From assembly GCA_017937865.1 (NCBI GenBank), contig JAGBCU010000009.1, positions 7,573 to 71,572 on the forward strand: a DNA stretch of 64,000 nucleotides, read 5' to 3'. Shown in pieces: positions 46,004 to 56,037 of the stretch. Position numbers and translations under genes: made by a program. Numbering within the stretch: the stretch's first letter is position 1; each line of letters opens with the position of its first letter. This stretch comes from Clostridia bacterium (GTDB taxonomy: Bacteria > Bacillota > Clostridia > Oscillospirales > Acutalibacteraceae). Under the pieces are notes generated by a model. The model was not told where the DNA came from and did not search any database. It saw only the letters and a program-made list of their open reading frames with translations.

Positions 46004-49000
46004 GTGTTTCACTTGAAGAGGTCAAAATTTCTTTCTGTCCTCCTTGCTGTGATGTTAGTAATCAGCAGTTTTTCATGCTTATCTGTTGTTTCCTTCGCAG
46101 CAGCCGTTGACTCCGGAAACGAGTACGATGATGAAGGTAACATTACCACTACTTATTGGGAACTCGATGATACCGGAACACTTACTATTTACTCTGATTC
46201 TGCTCCTACATGGCTTGACCATACAGCAGAAATCAAAAAAGTAGTATTAGAAGCAGGAGTTACTGAAATTCCTGCGAAAGCCTTTTATGGCTGTGAAAAT
46301 CTTGTAGAGTTTGATGCCAAAAAAGCAGTAGCGGATCTTGTTAAAATTGGCGCATACGCTTTTGCCGGATGTAAATCTCTTACTGAAATTGAACTTCCTA
46401 TACTCGTTAAAGAAATTGGCGACTATGCTTTCTATGATTGCACAGCTCTTGAAAAAGCTGATATCGGCGCCTCTCTTGCTGTAGCAGGTATAAACATTTT
46501 TAAGGATTGCGTAAATCTTAAAGATGTTACTGTTAGATACGGTTGTTTGAACATCGGTTATGGTATGTTTGAAGGCTGTTCAGCTATTGTAGCTATCGAT
46601 TTACCTGATAGTGTTAAAACAATTGGTGCGCATGCATTCGAAAATTGTACAGGTCTTGAAGCTATAGCTGTTCCTGACAGTGTTGAAGAGATTGGTAGTT
46701 ATGCTTTCTATGACTGTGCAGCACTTAAAAGTGCAACTATCGGTCATAGTGTGACAATTATAGGTGAATACATTTTTGGTAGATGTTCAGCGCTTGAAAC
46801 CGTTTCTTTTAAATCAAGCATTGCGGTTATCAGTGATTGGATGTTCTATAATTGTACATCTCTTAAAACAATTGTAGATTTCCCTGAAAGTGTCAATACT
46901 ATCGGTAACCATGCTTTCGAAGGTTGTGTTGCTCTTGAAGCAATTACCCTTCCGAATACAGTAAGTGCAATAGGTGATTCAGCTTTTGCCGGTTGCACTG
47001 GCTTGAAGGATGTTAAATTAAGCAGTGCTCTTATTAATATTGGCGCTTCTGCATTCTACGGTTCAGCTATTACAGTTATAGATATACCTTATAACGTTAA
47101 CTCAATTGGTGCAGGTGCATTCGCTTCATGCACAGCACTTACAGCAATAAATGTTGCTGAAACAAATGCTTCTTACAGAAGTGTTGACGGAATTCTTTAT
47201 TCGGCAGATATTAATAAACTTATTACTTGTCCCGCAGGCAAAACAGGTGATGTTATCATTCCTGCTTCTGTTGAGGAAATTGGTGCGAATGCATTCCTCG
47301 GATGTGTTGGTGTTGGCTCAGTAGAAATTCCTGCTTCTGTAACAACAATTGATGCAAATGCTTTCAACGGTTGTTCTGATACTCTCGTTATTAAAACACC
47401 TTGTAATTCAGTTGCTGCTCAGTACGCAAAGGTTCATTCAATCAAAACAGAGCTTACTCACTCTGCAAATGCTGAATGGGTTGTAACAACTGAAGCAGGT
47501 TGCGAATCTGCTGGTGAAAAAGAGCTTCGTTGTGCAGATTGCGGTCATGTTCTTCAGGTTGAGGGTATTGATGCTATCGGTCATATTTATGATGACGGTG
47601 TAGTAACAAAGAAAGCAACCTGCGATGATGACGGTGTTGTTACATTCACTTGTCAGAACACCGGTTGCACAAGCACTTATACAGTAACTATTCCTGCTTT
47701 AGGTCACAAATACACATCAGAAGTAACAAAAGAGCCTACTTGCGATGAAGACGGTGTTAGAAGATATACTTGTCAGAACGAAGGTTGCTATTCTGTTTAT
47801 ACAGAAGTTATCCCTGCAACTGACCACGCACTTGATGACGGTACAGTAACTCTTGCAGCTACTTGCGATACAGACGGTATTAAAACTTATAAATGTACTC
47901 ACGCTAATTGTAACTATAAAACAACAGAAGTGATCCCTGCAACAGGACACAAAATGGATAAGGGTACAGTTACAAAAGAGCCCACATGTACCGAACTTGG
48001 TGTTCTCACTTTCAAATGTCAGAATGCAGGTTGTGAGCATGAAACAACCTCTGACATTCCCGCACTCGGTCATAGTTATGATGACGGTGTTATTACCAAA
48101 AACCCCACAGTAAATGAGAACGGCGTTATTACATATACTTGTGAAGCTTGTAATGATACATACGAAGTTTCTATTCCTAATACAGCGTTTGACGGCATAA
48201 CAGCAACAAACGAAGGTGCATATGCTGATGAAAACGGCGAAATCCAAGATCTTGTATGGGTATTATTTGATGACGGTACACTTGTTATATATGCTGATAC
48301 AGAATCAAACGAATGGGCAGCATACGGTGCACAGGTTAAAACGGTTATTATCACAGGTACAACAACTGTAGTTAATAATTCTGCATTCGGCGGTTATCCC
48401 GCTCTTGAAAGAGTTATCTTTACAAAAACACTTTCAAGAATCGAAGCAGGTGCATTCCAGAATTGTGATCTTATTACAGAGCTTGATATCCCCGGTACAA
48501 CAGAGATTCAGGATTATGCATTCGCTGAATGCGACGGCTTAACAAGAGTTGCTATTTATGGCGGTCTTGCAGAAGGTAAAGTTGGCAAAAATATTTTCAA
48601 GGGCTGTGACAAGCTTGAAGCTCTTGAAATTAAAAACGGTGCAATCGAAATCGGCGAAGGTATGTTTGAGGATTGCTTAGCTCTTAAAACAATTGATCTT
48701 CCTGATAGTATCTGCAAAATCGGCAGACTTGCCTTTGAAAACTGTTCATCACTTGAAAACATAATTATTCCCGATAGTACAATTGAAGTCGGTGAATATG
48801 CATTCTATGATTGTAAATCAGTAACATCTGCTTATATCGGTCACAATGTTTCAACAATAGGCGAATATGTATTTGGTAATTGTTCTTCACTTGTTGACGT
48901 TGAAATCAAGTGTGCAATGCCCGCTATCGTTGACGGTATGTTCTACGGTTGCTCATCACTTAAATCCCTTAAGGATCTTCCTGCGGGTATCAAAACAATT

Positions 49001-50731
49001 GGTAATTATGCATTTGCAAAATGCACAGCGTTTGAAGAAATCACTCTTCCTGTAACTCTTGAAGCAATCGGTAACAATGCATTTGATTCAACTGTAATCA
49101 CAATTATTGATATTCCTGCAAGCGTTACAACAATTGAAGCAGGTGCATTCACAAACTGTAAGGAGCTTACAGCAATTAATGTTGATTATAACAACCGTGT
49201 ATATGCAAGTGTAGACGGCGTGCTTTACGATATCGCTCTTGATACACTTATTACTTGCCCTGCAGGTAAAACAGGCACTTACAAGGTTTATGACGGTACA
49301 TCAAAAATCAATGACGGTGCATTCATCGGTTGTGCAGGTATTACAGAGGTTGAAATTCCCGATAGCGTAACTGAAATTGCAAATAATGCATTCAGCGGTT
49401 GCAGCGAGAATATTACAATTAAAGCTAACTGCGGTGCTTATGCAGCAGAATATGCAGCAAAACGTGGTATGAAGGCTGACCTTACTCATGCAGGCGGTTA
49501 TGAATGGGTTGTTACAACATCAGCAACTTGTCTTGTAGACGGTGCAAGAGAAAAGAGATGCGCAGGCTGTGGTTATGTTTATGAAACAGAAACTCTTGCA
49601 GCTCTTGGTCATGATTATAACGCAGGTGAAATAACAACAAAAGCAACTTGTACAACAGATGGCGTTCTTACAAAAACTTGTGAAAGAGAAGGTTGCGGTT
49701 ACTATGTAACAGAGGTTATTCCTGCAACAGGCCATTCATTAAGCAACGAAACCATCGTAAAAGAAGCAACGTGTACTGAAGATGGTGAAAAGGTTGTTAA
49801 ATGTACAAACGAAGGTTGTACACTCACAGAAACTACAGTTATTCCCGCAACAGGTCATAATTACGAAGCAAAAGTAATTAAGCCTGCAACTTGCCGTGAA
49901 GACGGTAAAATGCAGTACACTTGTGCAAACTGCGGTGACGTTTATACTGAGGCTATCAAGGGTGAGCATCAGCTTACAACAGCAAAGAAAGATGCAACTT
50001 GTGATGCTGAGGGTCAAGAAGGTCAGTGGTGTGTAGTATGTAATCAGTTTATTGGTGCAACTACAACAATTCCTGCAACAGGTCATAATTTTGTTGACGG
50101 TAAATGCGAAAATTGCGGTAAAGAAGATTCTAATGTAAAAGCAGACGGTTTACATTTAATCGACGGCGTTTGGTATTACTACGTTAATAATACGGTTGCA
50201 ACTGATTATACAGGTCTTGTATATCACAATGGCGATTGGTACTATGTTGAAAACGGTGTTCTTAACTGGGATGCGATAACTCTCGCATATCACAACGGCG
50301 AATGGTACTATGTAGAATACGGTAAAGTTAACTTTGATGCAATAACATTAGTTTACTTCTACGGCGAATGGTACTATGTAGAATACGGTAAAGTTAACTT
50401 TGATGCGATAACATTAGTTTACTTCTACGGTGAATGGTACTATGTAGAATACGGTAAAGTTAACTTTGATGCGATAACATTAGTTTACTTCTACGGCGAA
50501 TGGTACTATGTAGAATACGGTAAAGTTAATTTTGATGCTATAACATTAATTTACTTCTATGGTAAATGGTACTATGTAGAATATGGTGTTGTAAATTGGA
50601 ATAGTGACACTTTAGTTTATTTCTACGATGATTGGTATTATGTAAAAGGCGGTACTGTTGCTTGGGATTATACAGGTTATGTACATTTCTACGGAGCTGA
50701 TTATTACATCGTAAAAGGCTTCCTTGATTAA
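46004..50731 (+). CDS. Giant (1575 aa) surface protein: two BspA-type LRR blocks, each followed by a Cys-rich repeat block, then C-terminal aromatic cell-wall-binding-like repeats
   Basis: Signal peptide KRSKFLSVLLAVMLVISSFSCLSVVSFAAA. LRR units of the form I..IG.YAF..C..L. Cys-rich blocks at 47471-48180 and 49499-50130, about 11 units of the form TCxxDGxxxYxCxNxGCxxxxTxxIPAxGH. C-terminal GxWYYVxxGxV repeats at 50140-50728. The start is either GTG 46004 or TTG 46013. Confidence 0.8.
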   Translation: MFHLKRSKFLSVLLAVMLVISSFSCLSVVSFAAAVDSGNEYDDEGNITTTYWELDDTGTLTIYSDSAPTWLDHTAEIKKVVLEAGVTEIPAKAFYGCENLVEFDAKKAVADLVKIGAYAFAGCKSLTEIELPILVKEIGDYAFYDCTALEKADIGASLAVAGINIFKDCVNLKDVTVRYGCLNIGYGMFEGCSAIVAIDLPDSVKTIGAHAFENCTGLEAIAVPDSVEEIGSYAFYDCAALKSATIGHSVTIIGEYIFGRCSALETVSFKSSIAVISDWMFYNCTSLKTIVDFPESVNTIGNHAFEGCVALEAITLPNTVSAIGDSAFAGCTGLKDVKLSSALINIGASAFYGSAITVIDIPYNVNSIGAGAFASCTALTAINVAETNASYRSVDGILYSADINKLITCPAGKTGDVIIPASVEEIGANAFLGCVGVGSVEIPASVTTIDANAFNGCSDTLVIKTPCNSVAAQYAKVHSIKTELTHSANAEWVVTTEAGCESAGEKELRCADCGHVLQVEGIDAIGHIYDDGVVTKKATCDDDGVVTFTCQNTGCTSTYTVTIPALGHKYTSEVTKEPTCDEDGVRRYTCQNEGCYSVYTEVIPATDHALDDGTVTLAATCDTDGIKTYKCTHANCNYKTTEVIPATGHKMDKGTVTKEPTCTELGVLTFKCQNAGCEHETTSDIPALGHSYDDGVITKNPTVNENGVITYTCEACNDTYEVSIPNTAFDGITATNEGAYADENGEIQDLVWVLFDDGTLVIYADTESNEWAAYGAQVKTVIITGTTTVVNNSAFGGYPALERVIFTKTLSRIEAGAFQNCDLITELDIPGTTEIQDYAFAECDGLTRVAIYGGLAEGKVGKNIFKGCDKLEALEIKNGAIEIGEGMFEDCLALKTIDLPDSICKIGRLAFENCSSLENIIIPDSTIEVGEYAFYDCKSVTSAYIGHNVSTIGEYVFGNCSSLVDVEIKCAMPAIVDGMFYGCSSLKSLKDLPAGIKTIGNYAFAKCTAFEEITLPVTLEAIGNNAFDSTVITIIDIPASVTTIEAGAFTNCKELTAINVDYNNRVYASVDGVLYDIALDTLITCPAGKTGTYKVYDGTSKINDGAFIGCAGITEVEIPDSVTEIANNAFSGCSENITIKANCGAYAAEYAAKRGMKADLTHAGGYEWVVTTSATCLVDGAREKRCAGCGYVYETETLAALGHDYNAGEITTKATCTTDGVLTKTCEREGCGYYVTEVIPATGHSLSNETIVKEATCTEDGEKVVKCTNEGCTLTETTVIPATGHNYEAKVIKPATCREDGKMQYTCANCGDVYTEAIKGEHQLTTAKKDATCDAEGQEGQWCVVCNQFIGATTTIPATGHNFVDGKCENCGKEDSNVKADGLHLIDGVWYYYVNNTVATDYTGLVYHNGDWYYVENGVLNWDAITLAYHNGEWYYVEYGKVNFDAITLVYFYGEWYYVEYGKVNFDAITLVYFYGEWYYVEYGKVNFDAITLVYFYGEWYYVEYGKVNFDAITLIYFYGKWYYVEYGVVNWNSDTLVYFYDDWYYVKGGTVAWDYTGYVHFYGADYYIVKGFLD
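50297..50626 (+). repeat. Five tandem 66-bp in-frame repeats (22-aa unit GEWYYVEYGKVNFDAITLVYFY) within the giant gene
   Basis: Unit starts at 50297, 50363, 50429, 50495 and 50561. Units 2 to 4 differ at only a few positions (synonymous in GGC/GGT and GCA/GCG codons); unit 1 diverges only at its 3' end, and the fifth is more diverged. Confidence 0.9.
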
Positions 50732-50766
50732 TTAAATCTGCATACAGATGATTAAGAACTAATAAT

Positions 50767-50800
50767 TGGTCTGTGACAGTAATTTACTGTCACAGACTTT
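50767..50800 (+). terminator. Rho-independent terminator
   Basis: GTCTGTGACAGTAA pairs with TTACTGTCACAGAC, followed by TTTTT. Confidence 0.85.
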
Positions 50801-50866
50801 TTATGTAATAGGAAGATTATAAGTAACACTGCATTATCGTAATCATATAATATATTGGTGAGTTAT

Positions 50867-51556
50867 ATGATTAAATTTTATTACAAACCAATGAAAAAAA
50901 GACCACCGCCTGTTAAGGCTAAGTGGTTGGTTTTCAAGGGTAAAAAGCAAAAAATTCAGTTTAGAACGGCGTGTGCTATTCTTTTAATATGTATAGCAAT
51001 AATTTTCGGAGAGTTTCAGTTGCGTCCGATTATAAAAAATGCAGGTGCCAATGCTCTGAAAAATGAATTGACCCTCTTGCTTAACGACGCAATTAACAAA
51101 ACGCTTCAAAGCGAAAAAATAGTATATAACGATTTTATAACTATTAGCTATAACGATAGTGGCAAAATAACTGCTATTATAACAGATACTGTTTTTATAA
51201 ATGATTTTAAAGCTATGTTATCTGAAAAAGCGGCTAAAACGGTTGGCGATTGTGGCGATTTTAATATACTTGTTCCGTGGGGAACTCTTTTTGGAAGTGA
51301 AATATTTAGTGACAGAGGTCTTGAGCTTATTGTAGAATCAAGTACCTACGGCTTTGCCGTAACAGACATATATAGCTCTTTTGAAAGCGTTGGTGTAAAC
51401 CAAACCTTACATAAAATATACGTGGAGGTTATCTTATCTGCAACGGCATATATAGGTAATTATAAGGTTGAGCAAACGGTTAATAGTCGTGTTCCTGTGG
51501 CAGAAACTGTTATTATAGGCGACGTACCCAATGCTTATTACGATATAAAAAAATAA
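50867..51556 (+). CDS. yunB: Sporulation protein YunB
   Basis: Basic N-terminus plus a single TM. The motifs LRPIIKNAG...A and VPWGTLFGSEIFSDRGLEL...GVNQTLHKIYVEV match the YunB family pattern. The start is ATG 50867 (GGTGAG RBS) or a nearby alternative. Confidence 0.7.
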   Translation: MIKFYYKPMKKRPPPVKAKWLVFKGKKQKIQFRTACAILLICIAIIFGEFQLRPIIKNAGANALKNELTLLLNDAINKTLQSEKIVYNDFITISYNDSGKITAIITDTVFINDFKAMLSEKAAKTVGDCGDFNILVPWGTLFGSEIFSDRGLELIVESSTYGFAVTDIYSSFESVGVNQTLHKIYVEVILSATAYIGNYKVEQTVNSRVPVAETVIIGDVPNAYYDIKK

Positions 51557-51590
51557 CTTCAGGATTGTTGTTTTAATCCTGAAGTTTTTA
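51556..51590. terminator. Bidirectional terminator
   Basis: ACTTCAGGATT pairs with AATCCTGAAGT, with flanking A and T runs, between convergent genes. Confidence 0.75.
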
Positions 51591-51593
51591 TAT

Positions 51594-52802
51594 TTATTCG
51601 TTAATAAATTTATCCATTAAGCTATAACCGATATCTATGTGGTTACCTGTATCTTTGGCTGTGTTTTCGGTAAATGCGTCAATACCATTATCTTTTTCTT
51701 TGGATTTCTGATAAATCATAAATGGTACAGCATCTCCGGCGTGAGTCATAGTGACAATGGGGGTAGGATGGTCGGGGAGTACCATAATTTTATAATCGTC
51801 GTATTCATCTAATGCGGGTATAAGCCTTGAAAGCACCTTTTCGTCAATCATTTCAATTGATTTAACCTTGTTTTCAGGCTCGTTTCTGTGACCGCATTCA
51901 TCGGGTGCTTCAATATGAATATAAACGAAATCCTTTGTTTTTAACTCCTCAATTGCACATTCAGCCTTGCCCTCAAAGTTTGTGTCTATATAGCCGGTTG
52001 CACCCTTAACGTCCGGTGAAGCCATACCTGCACATTTAGCAATGCCTTTAAGAAGGTCAACTGCGGAAATAATTGAGCCGTTAACACCAAATTTCTCTTT
52101 GAAATCAGGTAGAGAGGGCTTTGTGCCTTCGCCCCAAAGCCATATCGAGTTAGCAGGGCGCTTGCCTTCAGCAATTCGTCTTTTATTAACGGGATGCTCC
52201 ATAAGAAAATCATAGCTATCCTTCATCATAGTTATAAGCTCTTTTGCATTTTCGCTATCCGAAAGATGCTCTCCGATAACCTTGCCTGAAATATCGTGAG
52301 GGGGAGTCATTTTGCCTAAATCAAGTGTACCATCATGCCATACAAGACAGTGGCGGTAAGCAACACCGCTATAGAAGGCAAAAATATCGTTGCCGAAATG
52401 CTCTTGAACGCTTTTGATAATCTGCGAAGCATCTTCGGTAGAAATATCACCAGCACTGTAATCTACCATTGTTTTGTTCTCGTAATTCTCTTCATCTGAA
52501 AGAGTAACAAGGTTACAACGGAAAATGATGTCAGTAGGGAGCATATCAACACCAATGCTCACAGCCTCAAGCGGTGAACGGCCTGTATAACATTCTTTCG
52601 GGTTGTAACCTAAAACGCTCATATTTGCAATGTCACTACCCGGCTTAAGACCGTCAGCAACGGTTTTAACCGTACCTACCTCGCCGTATCTTGCAAGCCT
52701 GTCAAGAATAGGCTTCTTAGCGCATTCCATAGGTGTTTTGCCATTTAATGCAGGTACGGGATAATCAGCCATACCATCGTATAAAACAACAATATATTTC
52801 AT
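51594..52802 (-). CDS. apgM: Cofactor-independent phosphoglycerate mutase, archaeal-type (ApgM family, alkaline-phosphatase superfamily)
   Basis: MKYIVVLYDGMADYP N-terminus, HIEAPDECGH and VLPDHPTP metal-binding motifs. 402 aa. Confidence 0.8.
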   Translation of the reverse strand: MKYIVVLYDGMADYPVPALNGKTPMECAKKPILDRLARYGEVGTVKTVADGLKPGSDIANMSVLGYNPKECYTGRSPLEAVSIGVDMLPTDIIFRCNLVTLSDEENYENKTMVDYSAGDISTEDASQIIKSVQEHFGNDIFAFYSGVAYRHCLVWHDGTLDLGKMTPPHDISGKVIGEHLSDSENAKELITMMKDSYDFLMEHPVNKRRIAEGKRPANSIWLWGEGTKPSLPDFKEKFGVNGSIISAVDLLKGIAKCAGMASPDVKGATGYIDTNFEGKAECAIEELKTKDFVYIHIEAPDECGHRNEPENKVKSIEMIDEKVLSRLIPALDEYDDYKIMVLPDHPTPIVTMTHAGDAVPFMIYQKSKEKDNGIDAFTENTAKDTGNHIDIGYSLMDKFINE

Positions 52803-52949
52803 AGGATAACCTCACTTCAAGTGGATATGTAATATTGTTAATATAATACAACTATTCAAACTGTCTTGTCAATAAATATTACTTGCAATATTTAAATAAT
52901 TAGAGTAGAATTAGTGTGTAAATATTATTTAGTAAAAGGGGATTTTATA

Positions 52950-53765
52950 ATGAAATTACCATTAGCTATTCAGCTTTATTCCGTTCGTGACGATATGGAA
53001 AAAGATTTTGAAGGCACAGTTAAGAAAATTAAAGAATTAGGCTATGAGGGCGTTGAGTTTGCAGGCCTTTTCGGAAAATCCGGCTTAGAGGTTAAGGCTC
53101 TTTGCGATGAGCTTGATTTGGTTCCGGTATCTGCTCACGTTCCTTATTATGATATGCTTGAAAATCCTGAGGCTGTTCTTAAGGATTATCAGGATTTAGG
53201 CTGTAAATACGTTGTAGTGCCTTATCTTACTGAGGAGTGCCGTCCCGGTACAGATGGATGGGATGCAACTGTTGAGGGCATCCGTAAAATCGGTGCTGCA
53301 GCAAAAGAAATGGGACTTCAGCTTCTTTATCATAACCACGATTTTGAATTTCTTAAAATAGACGGTAAATACGCTCTTGATATTCTTTACGATACAATTC
53401 CTGCTGACTTACTTCAGACAGAGCTTGACACCTGTTGGGTTAACGTTGGCGGTGAAGAGCCTGCAGCATACGTTGAGAAATATACAGGAAGAGCACCCAT
53501 TGTTCATCTTAAGGATTTCGCAGGTCAAAAGGGTAACGGCCCTCTTTACAAGCTTATCGGTATTGAAGAAGAGGAAACAGACGCTTCTGAAAATACATTC
53601 GAATTCCGTCCCGTTGGTAGCGGTTGTCAGGATTGGAAAAAGATTATCGCATCAGCAGAAAAAGCAGGTGCACAGTGGCTTGTTGTTGAGCAGGATGACC
53701 CCTCAATGGAAAAGAGCCCAATAGAATGTGCAGAAATGAGTATCAACTATCTTAAAAATTTATAA
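52950..53765 (+). CDS. Sugar phosphate isomerase/epimerase (xylose-isomerase-like TIM barrel)
   Basis: LAIQLYSVRD, YEGVEFAG, YHNHDFEF and VEQD motifs. GGGG RBS before the ATG at 52950. Confidence 0.7.
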   Translation: MKLPLAIQLYSVRDDMEKDFEGTVKKIKELGYEGVEFAGLFGKSGLEVKALCDELDLVPVSAHVPYYDMLENPEAVLKDYQDLGCKYVVVPYLTEECRPGTDGWDATVEGIRKIGAAAKEMGLQLLYHNHDFEFLKIDGKYALDILYDTIPADLLQTELDTCWVNVGGEEPAAYVEKYTGRAPIVHLKDFAGQKGNGPLYKLIGIEEEETDASENTFEFRPVGSGCQDWKKIIASAEKAGAQWLVVEQDDPSMEKSPIECAEMSINYLKNL

Positions 53766-53898
53766 TATTACGCCATTAACTTGTTTTAGCTTACTCGACG
53801 TACCTTCGTACGCCTTCGTCGCTAAAGCTGCGTTTCTGATGTAATCTTATAAATTTTGGCTTTGTTGAATCACGAACTTGTTTTTACAAAATTATTGA

Positions 53899-53929
53899 CC
53901 CCTTTGAAACTTTTGGCGTTTCAAAGGGG
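53899..53929. terminator. Terminator hairpin shared by convergent genes
   Basis: CCCCTTTGAAAC (53899-53910) pairs with GTTTCAAAGGGG (53918-53929). Confidence 0.65.
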
Positions 53930-53953
53930 GCAAATAGTTTTTATTTTGTTTAA

Positions 53954-54637
53954 TTATCTGTTAAGAATAAGCTTTGTAAGCTCAACGGGTTCAACGATTG
54001 TGTCGCCCTTGTAAACTCTCATATTACCTGAAGCGATTTCATCAATGAGGATAACCTCGTCATTGTTGTAACCGAATTCGAATTTGATATCCCAAAGGTC
54101 AAGACCGATTGTTTTAAGGTCATCAGCAATAATCTTTGTGATTTTAAGAGTCTGCTCTTTCATGCTTTCAAACATTTCGGGGCTCATAACACCGAGTGCT
54201 GCAAGACCTTCGCCTGTAACGAGGGGATCGCCCTTAGCATCGTTCTTGAATGTACATTCAACGTAGCCACCGGGAAGAACTGTACCGTCTTCGATATATT
54301 CACCGTATCTACGGATAAAGCTACCTGTAGCAACAAGTCTGCAAATAACTTCAAGACCGTGACCGAAAACTTTACCGGGAAGAACTTCCATAGTAGCGTT
54401 ATCAACATCAGCACTTACGTAGTGAGTTTTGATGCCTGCTTCTTTAAGCATATCAAAGTAGTAGATTGATGTTTTAAGGTTTTCTTTACCGATACCGTCA
54501 ATCGTAAGACCGACACTGTTTTCACCGGGATCAAAAACGCCGTCTTTACCTGTGCAATCGTCTTTGAACTTAAGCATTACGTTGCCGTTTTCAAGCTCGT
54601 AAACGTCTTTTGTTTTACCTTCGTAAACTTTTTTCAT
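53954..54637 (-). CDS. purC: Phosphoribosylaminoimidazole-succinocarboxamide synthase
   Basis: [16 protein letters not shown]-terminus and the LIDEI..GNMR-like motif. AAGGAGAG RBS before the ATG at 54637. Confidence 0.9.
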   Translation of the reverse strand: MKKVYEGKTKDVYELENGNVMLKFKDDCTGKDGVFDPGENSVGLTIDGIGKENLKTSIYYFDMLKEAGIKTHYVSADVDNATMEVLPGKVFGHGLEVICRLVATGSFIRRYGEYIEDGTVLPGGYVECTFKNDAKGDPLVTGEGLAALGVMSPEMFESMKEQTLKITKIIADDLKTIGLDLWDIKFEFGYNNDEVILIDEIASGNMRVYKGDTIVEPVELTKLILNR

Positions 54638-54832
54638 TTTAAATCTCTCCTTCACCGCATAGCAGTAACATCAATTTTTCACACTCAAATTTTAAAACTG
54701 TTTAATAAAAAAGTCAAGTAAATGTAATCGTTTTTTTATTGTAAATGAAATGTTCTAAAAATATGTTATAAATAGGCTCTTTTGAAAAAGAATTTTTGTT
54801 TATTTATACATTTTAGATTGATAATTTCTTAA

Positions 54833-55882
54833 TTATAATCCCTTATAAGAAAATTCGGTCCAAGCACTGTCGCTTGATAATTCACCGCCATAACGGAAAT
54901 TATCTAATCTGCTTGTATTACCGTTAAGATATGCATCAAACCATAATGAAGCGTAATGAACGTAAGGTGCGGGGGTTGAACAGCACGTAGTATGAATACC
55001 GCCTATATAATTTACGTATACAGCAGGGCCTTTAACTGCATCGTAAGCAGTTTTTATCCATTTATCAGCGTCAACTATCATATCCTTTGTTCCTGCCATA
55101 AAAAGAACGGGAGTGCTTAATTTTTCTGCTTCTTCAACGTAATTGCTTCCGGCTATTGAAAGCACGCAATCAATTCTCGAGTCTTTAGCTGCAGCGTTTA
55201 CCGCACTTCTACCGCCTTGAGAATGACCTGCTGTTGCAATTTTGTCGGTATTTACCTTACCGTATAACACGCTTGAAGTATTATTGTTCTCTGATATTAC
55301 AAAATCTATTGAAGAAATCTGTGCAGAACCATCGGCAGCCATTGTTTCGCTGTTGCCTACAACTATGAATCCACTCTTTGCTAATTCTTTAAGAAGTGTT
55401 TCATAGAATGTGTAAGAAACCATAGTTCCGTTAGCAAAAGCTACTATAGGGTATGTACGGTTAGAATTAACTAAATCAGCAGGGTAGTAAACCGCTTGCT
55501 CCATAGAATTATAAGTGCCGGTATACTTACCTACACCGTCAGTTATTTGCGGTGCAGCCTCAGTGGGTTTTTGCGTTTCTGCTTGTGTTGTATTAGGTAT
55601 CTGTGTTGCTTGTGACTCTTGTGAAGCTGTAGTTCCTTCGGGATTTATTTGAATATTGTTTTGTGAAGTGGATACTGCTTCAGAGGGTGTTCCCTGTACC
55701 CCTTGATTCTCAGATGATTCCGCGGGTGTAACGTTGTTGTAACCGGGAGTATTAACTACTCCGTTATCAACGTATTGCTGAGTTGTTGTAGTTGTGTTTT
55801 CTGTGTCGTTTCCGCAAGCGGTAACCGTTATAATCATTGATAAAACTAAAACCAAAGAAAAAAGTTTTTTGAATTTTTTCAT
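54833..55882 (-). CDS. Secreted lipoprotein, alpha/beta hydrolase (cutinase/polyesterase/chlorophyllase-like)
   Basis: Lipobox signal MKKFKKLFSLVLVLSMIITVTAC. A ~110-aa Thr/Gln/Pro-rich linker. Nucleophile elbow GHSQGG preceded by YPIVAFANG. Confidence 0.65.
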   Translation of the reverse strand: MKKFKKLFSLVLVLSMIITVTACGNDTENTTTTTQQYVDNGVVNTPGYNNVTPAESSENQGVQGTPSEAVSTSQNNIQINPEGTTASQESQATQIPNTTQAETQKPTEAAPQITDGVGKYTGTYNSMEQAVYYPADLVNSNRTYPIVAFANGTMVSYTFYETLLKELAKSGFIVVGNSETMAADGSAQISSIDFVISENNNTSSVLYGKVNTDKIATAGHSQGGRSAVNAAAKDSRIDCVLSIAGSNYVEEAEKLSTPVLFMAGTKDMIVDADKWIKTAYDAVKGPAVYVNYIGGIHTTCCSTPAPYVHYASLWFDAYLNGNTSRLDNFRYGGELSSDSAWTEFSYKGL

Positions 55883-56037
55883 AGCTTCATCTCCTTATGA
55901 GAATTTCTTTTTGTATAATTCTATATTAACATATATGTTATGTTTTCTCAACAGTAAAATTAACTGTATTAAGGCATTGAAAATACAGAATGAATGTAAT
56001 ATAATTGTAGTACAAAATTGAACTATAGGTGAGAATT

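Noticed and set aside
47717-50086. Cys-rich minus-strand ORFs (176 aa, 115 aa and others) inside the giant surface gene
   Set aside because: They are antisense shadows of the repetitive Thr/Ala/Cys-rich coding repeats. They have no independent start context and fall entirely within the 1575-aa ORF.
50297-50626. Regular 66-bp repeats as a possible CRISPR array
   Set aside because: The units are contiguous with no unique spacers. They are in frame within a long ORF, encode a recognisable aromatic wall-binding-type peptide repeat, and no cas genes are present.
54656-54832. Possible purine riboswitch upstream of purC
   Set aside because: The leader is very AT-rich. I could not find the conserved purine-riboswitch junction and loop sequences. 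Only an Infernal scan could settle this.
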